Of a DNA stretch of 64,000 nt, positions 28,881 to 38,004 are shown piece by piece. The DNA is from a bacterium. GTDB lineage: Bacteria; Krumholzibacteriota; Krumholzibacteriia; G020349025. Numbering within the stretch: position 1 is the first letter of the stretch; each line of letters begins with the position of its first letter. The notes beneath the pieces were generated by a model. The model had not been told where the DNA came from, ran no database searches, and was given only the letters and a program-made list of their open reading frames with translations. A program made the position numbers and the translations under genes. The DNA lies in contig JANLSU010000132.1 in the NCBI GenBank assembly GCA_031362565.1, positions 1 through 64,000 on the forward strand, given 5' to 3'.

Positions 28881-30968
28881 ATGACTTCGGCAACCAACCA
28901 GCGCGTGCAAACGGCCCCGCCTGTGTCACGAACCGCCGACTTCCTCGCGGCCGGGTACGCACTCGCGTACACCTTGTTCCTGCTGGCGATCTCGTGGACC
29001 GCGCCGGCGCTCGGCGATCTCGATCTCGATACCGATTTCTACGGTGACCTGGTCTTGGCGGCGCAGGCGCTCGTGCGCGGCCACTTTTCGGTGGAGAACT
29101 ATCCATACAAGGGGCCGTTGTATTCGTTGGTGATCGCCGCGGTCCACGCCGTAGTCGGCGATTGGTATCGAGCCGCGGTCACGACCAGCGCCTTGGGTGC
29201 CGGGGCGGCGTTGTTCGCGGTGTTCCGCCTGACCCGCCAGGTCTTCGGGTCGTGGGCCGCACTGGGAACGAGCGTCGCAACTTCTCTGATCGTGGATTTC
29301 TTCGTGCACGCGCACCACGCTACGACAGACGTCCTTTTCTTGGCACTTGCGGTTGGTTCGCTGGCGCTTTTCTGCGGCCAGGCGCCGGCCTGGCGCAGCC
29401 GCGGCCTGGCGGGTGCACTGGCGGGACTCGCTTTCCTCACCCGTTACAACGGCCTGGTGTTGCCACTGGCGGCACTCGCGTGCGACTTCGTGGTCGCCCG
29501 CGAGGACCGGTCACGGGCGGCGCGCACCCGGGCAGCCGCATGGTTCGTGGGCGCTTTTCTGCTGGTGGCAAGCCCGTGGTTTGTGGCGAACCTGCACGCC
29601 ACGGGCCGGTTGTTGCCGGGGAAGAACGCCCAAAACGTCGTCGCCGGCCTCTTTGGAGCGGTGCGCTGGTCGCAAGTGCACGCCGACGATGAGGGTGGCA
29701 TCGTCGCGCTCTTGCGCGAGGCACCTCTGCGCGCCGGCGCCCAATTCGTCCGCAATCTCGTCACCCACTTCGGCCTCGATCTGCAGCAATTGCTCGAATG
29801 GCCGCTGGCACTGCTCGCGCTCGCCGGCGCCGCGGGACTGCTGCTTCGGCCGCCAAATGCGCCGATGCGCTGCATCTTGTGCTTTGCGATCGGCCATTTT
29901 CTGGCGATGGGGCTGCTTTTCTACTCGCCGCGCTTTTCGTTTTTTCTTGCTCCGATGTACCTGTCGGCCGGGTTTTCATTCCTGACCGGGTCGCCGCAAA
30001 GACCGCGCTTCCGATGGGCAAACCGGTGGCGCGCCCGGTTTCTGGATGGTGCCACCGTGACGCGCGCCGCGCTCGTCGTGGGAATCGTCTTGTTGGGATG
30101 CGCCGCCTTTCAAATACCTCGCATGGCTTCGATCGAGCATCGTCTTCGCGCCCGGCAGCCGCTGTATCTCCTTGCCGCGGCGGAGGCACTGCGGACGCAC
30201 GCCGGTACTACGGCCAAAGGCGATGACCCACCCGTGTTGATGGCGCGCAAGGGCCATCTCGCGTTCGTTGCCGGGCTCAAGTATCAGCCGTACCCCATCG
30301 CTGCGGCACAATCGCTCGAGTCGTTGATCCAGTTCGCGCGCCAGCACGGAGTGCGCTACGTGACCTATGGCAGTCCGGAATTCGATCTCTGTCCGGATTT
30401 GCGTTTCATGGCCGTCACCGACTCGATTCCCGGTCTCGATCTGGTTTATGCCGCGGCGCGCGTCCGCATTTTTCAACTGAACCAGGCACAAACCGCGATC
30501 ACGGTCAGCGATGCGGATCAACTTGCGATGTTCGAGACGAATGTCCGCATTGCAGACAAGCGTGGCGTACCGGACATCCAAGCGCGGGCGCTCGGTGAAC
30601 TCGCCCAGTTTCAGGCGGAACACGGCGCCACGGCGGATGCAGAAGCCGCATATCACCGCATCATCGATCTGTGCAATGCCGCGACGGTGCATCGCGACGC
30701 GGCGGCCTTCAACGGCGCGATCGCGGGTCTCAAACTGGCACGGTTGCTTCTCGATCTCGGACGTGGTGCAGAGGCGGCACCGCTGGCGGACGCGAGCGCT
30801 GCTTACTTCGAACGTCAGGGCCCCGCTTCGAACGCGGTGCGAGCGTATCTCTTGGCGGCTCGCTGCCAGGACTCGCTCGGACAAGCGGCACAGTCGGCGG
30901 CTCGGACGGCAAAGGCCCGGGATCTCGAGGCGCGCCTACCGCGCGCGCAACGCAGAACGGCGCCGTAA
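28881..30968 (+). CDS. GT-C/ArnT-like (GT39-like) membrane glycosyltransferase with C-terminal TPR-like domain
   Basis: DTDFY after TM1, YKGPLY, TTD, LAFLTRYNG, about 11-13 TMs, helical C-terminus. Confidence 0.75.
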   Translation: MTSATNQRVQTAPPVSRTADFLAAGYALAYTLFLLAISWTAPALGDLDLDTDFYGDLVLAAQALVRGHFSVENYPYKGPLYSLVIAAVHAVVGDWYRAAVTTSALGAGAALFAVFRLTRQVFGSWAALGTSVATSLIVDFFVHAHHATTDVLFLALAVGSLALFCGQAPAWRSRGLAGALAGLAFLTRYNGLVLPLAALACDFVVAREDRSRAARTRAAAWFVGAFLLVASPWFVANLHATGRLLPGKNAQNVVAGLFGAVRWSQVHADDEGGIVALLREAPLRAGAQFVRNLVTHFGLDLQQLLEWPLALLALAGAAGLLLRPPNAPMRCILCFAIGHFLAMGLLFYSPRFSFFLAPMYLSAGFSFLTGSPQRPRFRWANRWRARFLDGATVTRAALVVGIVLLGCAAFQIPRMASIEHRLRARQPLYLLAAAEALRTHAGTTAKGDDPPVLMARKGHLAFVAGLKYQPYPIAAAQSLESLIQFARQHGVRYVTYGSPEFDLCPDLRFMAVTDSIPGLDLVYAAARVRIFQLNQAQTAITVSDADQLAMFETNVRIADKRGVPDIQARALGELAQFQAEHGATADAEAAYHRIIDLCNAATVHRDAAAFNGAIAGLKLARLLLDLGRGAEAAPLADASAAYFERQGPASNAVRAYLLAARCQDSLGQAAQSAARTAKARDLEARLPRAQRRTAP

Positions 30969-30986
30969 GGCCCGTGATCCGACACC

Positions 30987-32144
30987 TCAGCGCGGGAACG
31001 CTGCCAGGAAGGCCGTTGCAAACGGCGATCGCTGGACTGCGGCTTCGTCCAAACCGTTGCCCCAACGCAGTCCGTCGGAATTTGCGAGCAGGATGACGGT
31101 CAAGTGACGGGCCGGCGCTTTGAGATAGAGCGCGGAGTAGGCGCCCTCCCACAAGCCCGAGTGCCAGATCAGCGGTTCGCCGGTATCGTCCTGCACGAAC
31201 CAACCGAGGCCATACGGCAAGACCGTCCCCGAAGGCGCCCGCCCCGCCGTCCACATGGCATGCAGCGACGCCGGCGAAAGCAGGCGGCCGCGCGTCAGCG
31301 CGATATCGAACCGCGCCAGATCCATCGCCGTCGAGACGACACCGCCCGCGGCGCCATCGCCCTGCGGCGGCGGCGGTGCGGACACGACGACCGTCCCCGT
31401 CGAATCGACGTGATAGGGCGTCGCAAGCTGGCTTGCCAACGCGGGCGTCAACGCGAGGCGCCGGTTGGTCCGCGCCGAGTGGGTCATGCCGGCCGGCACA
31501 AAGACCTCGGCCGCAATCAACTCCGAGAACGTGGTGCCGGCGACTTGCGCGATCGGGCGCGACGCCCACGAATACGACGGCGGATTGTAGAAGAATCGTG
31601 TCCCTGGTACGCCATTTGCCGTCATCGACAACACGTTGCGCAGCGTCAGCGGGTAACGATCGCATTCGTAGTCGCGGAAAAAGATACCGCCATTCCCCCG
31701 GACATCGGCGCAGAACTCCGTGAACCCGTCGTAGGTCGTCATGGGCCGGTCGAGATCGAGCCGGCCGCGCTCCACCAAGCGCAGTGCGGCAACCGCCGAG
31801 ATCGGTTTTGCCACCGAGGCGATATTGAAGGGCGTTTCCGGTGTGACAGGCACCGCACGCGCGAGATCGGCGTAGCCCAAACCACGTGCCAGAACAACCG
31901 TCGTGTCGCGGAGAACGACGATCGCCAAGCCCGGAATGTGAGCGGCCGAGCGCAGTGAGTCGGCACGGGTTGCGAAGCGTGCCGCGGCGGCGCGATCGCT
32001 GGAGCCCGACGCCGGGTTGATGCGGCTCGGCGGCGGCCGATGCGCACACGCGGACAAGAGTACGGCGCCCGTCAGAACGCCTCGTGCAAGAGTCGAGCGC
32101 AGCAAGCGAAGCCTCGATTCAAATGGCCAAGCCGTTCTAGACAC
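30987..32144 (-). CDS. serine hydrolase, beta-lactamase class C-like, probable lipoprotein
   Basis: FNIASVAK (SxxK), FFYN, YGLGW, WHSG; lipobox LSAC. Confidence 0.9.
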   Translation of the reverse strand: MSRTAWPFESRLRLLRSTLARGVLTGAVLLSACAHRPPPSRINPASGSSDRAAAARFATRADSLRSAAHIPGLAIVVLRDTTVVLARGLGYADLARAVPVTPETPFNIASVAKPISAVAALRLVERGRLDLDRPMTTYDGFTEFCADVRGNGGIFFRDYECDRYPLTLRNVLSMTANGVPGTRFFYNPPSYSWASRPIAQVAGTTFSELIAAEVFVPAGMTHSARTNRRLALTPALASQLATPYHVDSTGTVVVSAPPPPQGDGAAGGVVSTAMDLARFDIALTRGRLLSPASLHAMWTAGRAPSGTVLPYGLGWFVQDDTGEPLIWHSGLWEGAYSALYLKAPARHLTVILLANSDGLRWGNGLDEAAVQRSPFATAFLAAFPR

Positions 32145-32835
32145 GGCCGGGCACGGGGATCGCGGCGCCGGTCACGGCGCTCGCCGCATCCGACAACAGA
32201 AACACGATTACGTCGGCGATGGCTTGTGCCGGAACCCAACGGCTGAAGTCGGCGGTGGGCATGGCGGCGCGGTTCGCGGGCGTGTCGATCAGACTCGGGA
32301 GAACCGCATTGACCGTGATGCCACGGTCCTTCAGTTCTTCGGCCAGCGACTCGGTCAGCTTCAGCACCCCGGCCTTCGACGCCGCGTACGCGCCGATCCC
32401 GGCACCCGACTTGGCGGCGGCAGCGAGGGCGGCGATGTTGACGATGCGTCCGCCGCCGCGTTTCAGAAGATACGGCAGCGCCGCCTGCGACGCACTCACC
32501 GCACTTCGTAGATTGACTCGATACAGCAGATCCCAGGTCTCGAGACTGCCCTGTTCGAGTGTTTCAGAACGGAATGTGCCCGCCACATTCACCAGTGCGT
32601 CCAAGCCGCCAAAGCGTTCGGCGACTTTGCCTAAGGCTTGCCGGGCGGCCTCAGCGTCGGCGAGATCGAGCCCGCCGAGGGCAAACACGCCGCTGGGCAC
32701 CGCGGTACCCGCAGCCGGCCGTGAATGGTCCAACATCGCAACCTGGGCTCCCGCATCAAGAGACGCGCGCACGACAGCCATCCCGAGTTGTCCCAGGGCG
32801 CCGGTGACGGCCACAACCTTCCCCTTGAGCGCCAT
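32137..32835 (-). CDS. SDR family oxidoreductase
   Basis: TGALGQLG, YAASK, NAVLPSLIDTPANR. Confidence 0.92.
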   Translation of the reverse strand: MALKGKVVAVTGALGQLGMAVVRASLDAGAQVAMLDHSRPAAGTAVPSGVFALGGLDLADAEAARQALGKVAERFGGLDALVNVAGTFRSETLEQGSLETWDLLYRVNLRSAVSASQAALPYLLKRGGGRIVNIAALAAAAKSGAGIGAYAASKAGVLKLTESLAEELKDRGITVNAVLPSLIDTPANRAAMPTADFSRWVPAQAIADVIVFLLSDAASAVTGAAIPVPGRV

Positions 32836-32853
32836 GTTGCTGTCCTCTCCGCC

Positions 32854-33468
32854 TTATGGATACAACGTTTCGTGCTTCGCCAGCATGCCGACGAACTTCT
32901 CGATACGCTTGGCGCGAGTTTCAGCCTTCTTCGCGGTTTGTATTCGGTGCAGAATAGCATAGCGGTTGAGGCGATTGAGCGTCGCAAAGAAGGCTTTCGC
33001 CGTCGCATTCCGGTTCAAAGCGGCCTGAAGATCGCTCGGGACGCCGGCCTGGCGGGGCGAATCGTATGCCGCAACGCCACGGTTGCGAGCGGATACTGTG
33101 ACGGATCGAGGTCTTGTGGTTGGGGCAACGTCACAAGCCGGCTCGTGACACCCTGAATCAAGACGACGGTGGCCAGGCCGAGAACACCGGCGAGAATCGC
33201 CATTCCCCAAACGTCGTCCGAGAGATGGTTGGCGCGACAGTTCGCGCGCCGCGCCTCGGCCGCCGAGCGCGGCCAACCGGCGCCTCGCACGTAGCGCCAA
33301 CAGCCACAGATAGAGAGCGGTCGGTGGCACCGCCCAAGGCACCCGCGACCCATGCTTGAGGTTGAGCGCGACGAGTCCGGCCCAGGGCAAGGTGCCCGCC
33401 GAGGCTGCTACAAGCCCCATAAGAAGCGCCCGCAACACCACCGGGAGGCGATTCCAAAACGCTCGCAC
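32854..33468 (-). pseudogene. chimeric remnant: frameshifted 5' part of a membrane protein (CPBP-like) fused to the 3' part of a YdeI/OmpD-associated gene
   Basis: Coding frame shifts near 33300 (LYLWL to WRYVRGAGWP) and joins AAYDSP...VPSDLQAAL...NRYAILHRIQTAKK near 33073. Confidence 0.65.
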
Positions 33469-33522
33469 GCCGCTCGTTTCTGGGGTTCAAGAGGGTCAAG
33501 GGCCGCTGGCTTGATGCTACGG

Positions 33523-34197
33523 CTACAGAAATGTCGCGATGTCTTCCAGCCGCTTCTTGGAAATCACCGGCACCTGCGCACCTTCTGCCGGGTAGCCCAC
33601 CACCAGAATCAGAAACGGCCGCTCGTGCGCCGGGCGGCCGAGGATGTCGTTCAAGAACCCCATGGGACTCGGCGTATGGGTGAGCGACGCGAGCCCCGCG
33701 TGGTGAACGGCGGTGATCAGAATGCCGGTCGCAATGCCGACCGACTCCCGCACGTAGTAGTGCTTCACTCTTCGCCCATCCGCAAGTTCGCCATAAGTCT
33801 GGGCGAAGACCACGATGAGGTACGGCGCGGTTTCGAGAAAGGGCTTGTGCGCGTCGGTACCGAGCGGCGCGAGCGCCTCGAGCCATTCCGGCGGGGCCTT
33901 GTGGTGATAGAACTCGTGCTCTTCTTTCTCTGCTTCCAACCGGATCCGGCGCTTGATCGCCGCAGCCGCGACCACGACAAAATGCCAGGGCTGCAAATTG
34001 GCGCCATTCGGCCCGGTGCCGGCCGCCCGTAGGCAGTCTTCGATGATCTCGCGCCGCACCGGCCGGTCCGAGAACTCGCGCACCGTGCGCCGCCGCCGGA
34101 TGTCGGCATAAAACTCGGACGCCCGGCGCTGCATTTCCTCGACCGGGTATTCGCGGTAGGAAGGGTGTGGGATGAAATTCGCACCAACCATCGACAT
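33523..34197 (-). CDS. nitroreductase family, iodotyrosine deiodinase-like
   Basis: [49 protein letters not shown]. Confidence 0.88.
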   Translation of the reverse strand: MSMVGANFIPHPSYREYPVEEMQRRASEFYADIRRRRTVREFSDRPVRREIIEDCLRAAGTGPNGANLQPWHFVVVAAAAIKRRIRLEAEKEEHEFYHHKAPPEWLEALAPLGTDAHKPFLETAPYLIVVFAQTYGELADGRRVKHYYVRESVGIATGILITAVHHAGLASLTHTPSPMGFLNDILGRPAHERPFLILVVGYPAEGAQVPVISKKRLEDIATFL

Positions 34198-34338
34198 CTC
34201 CTCGAGGGGGCCAGCCGACCCAGGGGTGGACCGAAAATTCTCCATGGCAGAAAATAGCTGCAGACTCGAAGGTTCGCCAGATGGTCGCTGCACGATCACT
34301 CCCGCCGCGTCGCGGCGCCCAAGGAGGCCCGGTCACGC

Positions 34339-35217
34339 ATGGAGAATCGATTCGCGACCCGCCTCGCGGAGCCCGGCTTCGTGCTCTTGGATGGCGCCAC
34401 CGGCACCGTGCTCGAGGCGCGGGGCTTTTCTGCACCGCTGCCACTTTGGACCGGCGACGCGGCGGTCCGCGCTCCCGTCACCTTGCTCCACGTGCACGCC
34501 GAATACTTGGCGGCCGGCGCTGATGTCGTAACCGCGAACACGTTTCGCACCAGTCCTTATGCGCTCCGCGCCGCCGGATATGCGGGCGAGGCCGCAGCAC
34601 TGACGCGGGACACGGTAGCGATTGCGCGCGCGGCGTGCGCGGCGGCGGGGCGCGGCCTGGTGGCCGGCAGTGTCGCGCCGCTCGAAGACTGTTTTCATCC
34701 AGAGCGCGTACCCAATGACGCAACGTTGAAGCACGAGCATGCGGCGCACATCCGCAACCTGTGCGATGCGGGCGTCGATGTCTTGTTGCTGGAGACGATG
34801 AACACGGGGCGCGAAGCACGGATTGCCGCACAGCTCGCGCTCGAGACGGAACGGCCCGTGCTCGTGAGCGTGATCCTCGATGCGGAGAATTCGCAGCAGC
34901 TCTTGTCGGGGGAAAGCGTGGCGGTGGTTCTCGAGCAGCTCGGCCAACTACGAGTCAGCGGCCGGCAGGTCGCAGGGGTGCTGGTCAATTGCGCGCCGGC
35001 CGCAATCGCCGGGCGGGCGTTAGCGGAGAATCGCGGCGCCTTGATCGGCGCCTACCCCAACGCCGGCCATCCGCCGGCCGCGTCCGCCAGCGATTTCGCC
35101 GCCTGGGGCCGCACTGCATTGGCGCTCGGGGCGCAAATCTTCGGTGGGTGCTGCGGCACGACGCCGGACCATATCCGCGCCCTGGCAGCCTTGCGATTGC
35201 CCGGCACCGCACGCTGA
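34339..35217 (+). CDS. homocysteine S-methyltransferase family protein
   Basis: LLDGATGT, HAEYLAAGAD, NTF, LLET, VNC, GGCCGTTPDHI. Confidence 0.9.
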   Translation: MENRFATRLAEPGFVLLDGATGTVLEARGFSAPLPLWTGDAAVRAPVTLLHVHAEYLAAGADVVTANTFRTSPYALRAAGYAGEAAALTRDTVAIARAACAAAGRGLVAGSVAPLEDCFHPERVPNDATLKHEHAAHIRNLCDAGVDVLLLETMNTGREARIAAQLALETERPVLVSVILDAENSQQLLSGESVAVVLEQLGQLRVSGRQVAGVLVNCAPAAIAGRALAENRGALIGAYPNAGHPPAASASDFAAWGRTALALGAQIFGGCCGTTPDHIRALAALRLPGTAR

Positions 35218-35241
35218 GCGGCTTGGTGGCGCCGCGGCTCT

Positions 35242-36477
35242 CTACTTCGTCAGTATCAGCCGCTCGCGTGCCGAGTCGGTGTCGGTGCGAAGCAACGCCA
35301 TGTAGACGCCGCTCGCCAACCCGCGGCCTTCGAAGATGACCTGATGCTCGCCGGCCGGTCGCACGCCATCCAACAGGCGCGCGATCTCGTGGCCGGCCAC
35401 GTCGTAGATGCGCAGCGTGACCTGCGCCTCATGGTCGAGGGCAAAGTGGATCATCGTCGTCGGGTTGAACGGATTCGGACTCGCACCCACGAAACGGACG
35501 CCGGATTTTGCCGGTGCGCCGTTGTTGGCGCCGAGCAGCGGCAGGATCAAAGACGGTGTCGTGAGCCGCGAACGGAATGCACGCAGCGCCCAGTTCATGC
35601 GCGCCATTTGTCCCGACGTGAACTCGTACATCGCCGAGTCGTCGACGTAGTCCATGTAGTTGTGAATCGGATCGGTTCCCGGGCTCGGGCACGTGTCACG
35701 GCTGATCGGCTTGCCATAGGCGGGGGTGGCCTCGGAGGGTGTGTCACCGACGTAGTCGCCCGGGCTGCTGCAGCCGCCCTCGAAGGTATGATACAGGCCG
35801 AAATAGTGGCCCAGCTCGTGGGTCGCCGTGTCGCCCTGGTTGTAGTGGCTGACGCTGCCGCCCGGCAATGTGCCGTAGTGAACAACGAGCCCTTGGAGGG
35901 TGTTCGACTCGGCAAATGCCCACGGGTAGTACGCCCACCCGATCTGGCCGTTCGGAATCCCGCTCGTGTAGATGTTCAAGACGTGGGTGGGGTCGATCGC
36001 CAGCGTTCGCTTGCAGGCCGCCTCGGCCGACGAACCCATCGTCATGTTGTACCACGTGGCGTTTGTCGAGCGATCCACGCTGCGCTTGGCGAACTGAACC
36101 CCAACCGGTGCAAACGCTCTGTTGAGCACTTGGATCTGCGCGTCGAGCTTGCTCGTCGAAACGTCGCCCACCTTGGTACGGACACCGCTCTTGATGACTT
36201 CGGTCGAGATCACATGGAACGCCACCGGCACCGTGATCGTATTCTCGAGGTGCGGTGCCTGTCCTTTTTCGAATTCCGGCGCGCGCAACGCACTCGACGC
36301 GCCATCGTCCAACGCCCCGCATCGATCCACGGCGCCGGATTGCAGCAGTGCATCGAGCGTTGCTTCTTCGGACTGCGGCGCGGCGTTCGAAATCTCGCAA
36401 CGGGCCGCTTTCGGCGCCCACGAACCGCAAACAAGGACCAGGAGACAGGTAAGAATAGAATGACGAGTGGCTCGCAT
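35242..36477 (-). CDS. M43 (pappalysin/ulilysin-like) zinc metalloprotease with C-terminal FlgD-Ig/T9SS-like domain
   Basis: Signal peptide, RCG cysteine switch, HELGHYFGLYH, NYMDY Met-turn, PNPFNP...ASGVY. Confidence 0.92.
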   Translation of the reverse strand: MRATRHSILTCLLVLVCGSWAPKAARCEISNAAPQSEEATLDALLQSGAVDRCGALDDGASSALRAPEFEKGQAPHLENTITVPVAFHVISTEVIKSGVRTKVGDVSTSKLDAQIQVLNRAFAPVGVQFAKRSVDRSTNATWYNMTMGSSAEAACKRTLAIDPTHVLNIYTSGIPNGQIGWAYYPWAFAESNTLQGLVVHYGTLPGGSVSHYNQGDTATHELGHYFGLYHTFEGGCSSPGDYVGDTPSEATPAYGKPISRDTCPSPGTDPIHNYMDYVDDSAMYEFTSGQMARMNWALRAFRSRLTTPSLILPLLGANNGAPAKSGVRFVGASPNPFNPTTMIHFALDHEAQVTLRIYDVAGHEIARLLDGVRPAGEHQVIFEGRGLASGVYMALLRTDTDSARERLILTK

Positions 36478-36720
36478 GAGGGTGCGACTCCAAACAAAAT
36501 ATCGTAATCGGCGGGGATCCTGCGGTGGTCGGGGGCTTCCTGGCGACCAGAAGCGCGGGCGTGTATTTAGTGAGTCGCTCGAGAGACTCCTAAAGATTGT
36601 ACCGGACGCAGACCCGCGCGCGCACTGAGTGATTCCACACGCATTGGCGCCAAAGAGGGTGCAATGTGGCGCGTTGTGCCTCGAAATGGCGTCGGCCCAA
36701 CGCGGCCCCAGGAAATCTTG

Positions 36721-37791
36721 TCAGGCGAGCGGCAACAGGGCGACGACGGCGCCCGTGCGTGCCGTGCCCCCGGCCACTTCCAGGGCGGTTCCCGGCGCCG
36801 CAAACTCGCGGTGCACGTAGGCAAGAGCCACCGCATGGCGGAAGTGCGGCGATTGCGTGGCACTTGTCACGACGCCCACCCGCCGGTCGCCCGCATACAG
36901 TTCGGCGCCGCGCGGCGGCACCGCGCCATCGCCAAGATGCAACCCGCGCAACGTCCGGTTCACGTGTCCCAGGTGGTGTAGACGCGAAATCGTCTCCTGC
37001 CCCAGATAACAGCCCTTCGTGTAGCTGATCCAACCGGCCTCGAGCCCCGCTTCCTGCGGGAATTGCTCACCCGTGATCTCCGATCCGAACCACGGAATGC
37101 CGGCCTCGATCCGGCGCACATCGAGCGCTGCGAGCCCCACCGGCTGGGCACCGGCTGCGGCGAGCGCCCGCCACACGGCCGGCGCATCGGCGCCTTCGAC
37201 CCAAAAATCGAAACCTCCACCGCCGCAGTGATCGTTGCGGACGACTCGCACCGCAGCACCCCCGATCCGGGCCGCCTCGTGATCGAGCGCGGCGCCCGGC
37301 ACCAACGCAGCCGCGACGCCGGCCGTTGACAACACGCGCTCCGCCTGCGGTCCCTGCAGCGCCAAGAGCGCCCATCCATCGGTCCGATCCTCGATCGTCG
37401 CGTCTTCCATGATCAGATGCTTGCGCAAACCTTCCAGCACACGCACCGCGGCGCCGGGATCGACGTCGCACCAGAGCGCATCCTCGAGACACAACACATG
37501 CAACGCGCCCTCCATCTTGCCCTGCACGGAAAGCTTGGCGGCATTGCACCCCTGTCCGGGACGCAGTGCCAGCACATCGTTCGTGACCATGTTGTGGAGA
37601 AAAGCGGCGCGATCGGGTCCCGTGAGACACAGTTTGCCGCGCAGCGACAAGTCGAGGAGGCCGGCGCCGGCGCGCAATGCCGCGTACTCGGCGTCGGGCG
37701 CGCCAAAGTCGGCGGGCACGGCCCAACCGTCCGCATCCATCCAATGCACGGGTGCCGCGGCGTGAACGACATCGAGCGGAGTGCGGCGCAT
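36721..37791 (-). CDS. GcvT/YgfZ-family folate-binding protein
   Basis: LDLSLRG, LQGP, RIEAG, KGCYLGQE signature. Confidence 0.9.
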   Translation of the reverse strand: MRRTPLDVVHAAAPVHWMDADGWAVPADFGAPDAEYAALRAGAGLLDLSLRGKLCLTGPDRAAFLHNMVTNDVLALRPGQGCNAAKLSVQGKMEGALHVLCLEDALWCDVDPGAAVRVLEGLRKHLIMEDATIEDRTDGWALLALQGPQAERVLSTAGVAAALVPGAALDHEAARIGGAAVRVVRNDHCGGGGFDFWVEGADAPAVWRALAAAGAQPVGLAALDVRRIEAGIPWFGSEITGEQFPQEAGLEAGWISYTKGCYLGQETISRLHHLGHVNRTLRGLHLGDGAVPPRGAELYAGDRRVGVVTSATQSPHFRHAVALAYVHREFAAPGTALEVAGGTARTGAVVALLPLA

Positions 37792-38004
37792 GGTTCTCCT
37801 CGCGGCGTCCCTTGGCGTGCTTCGGCGCGACGCTCTGCCGCGCGCCGCCTCGGCCCATTCTAGCGGCCAAGGCGCGGGAAAGCGAAGCGGGTGGCTCGCG
37901 GCCCTAGAGCCTGCAAGCCACCCGAGAAGATCACTTCTTGTGTAGAGGAGCCAGGCGTCGGCCGCTTCAGAACCAAGCGGCGAGATCGCCCGGCCCGTTG
38001 CCTG

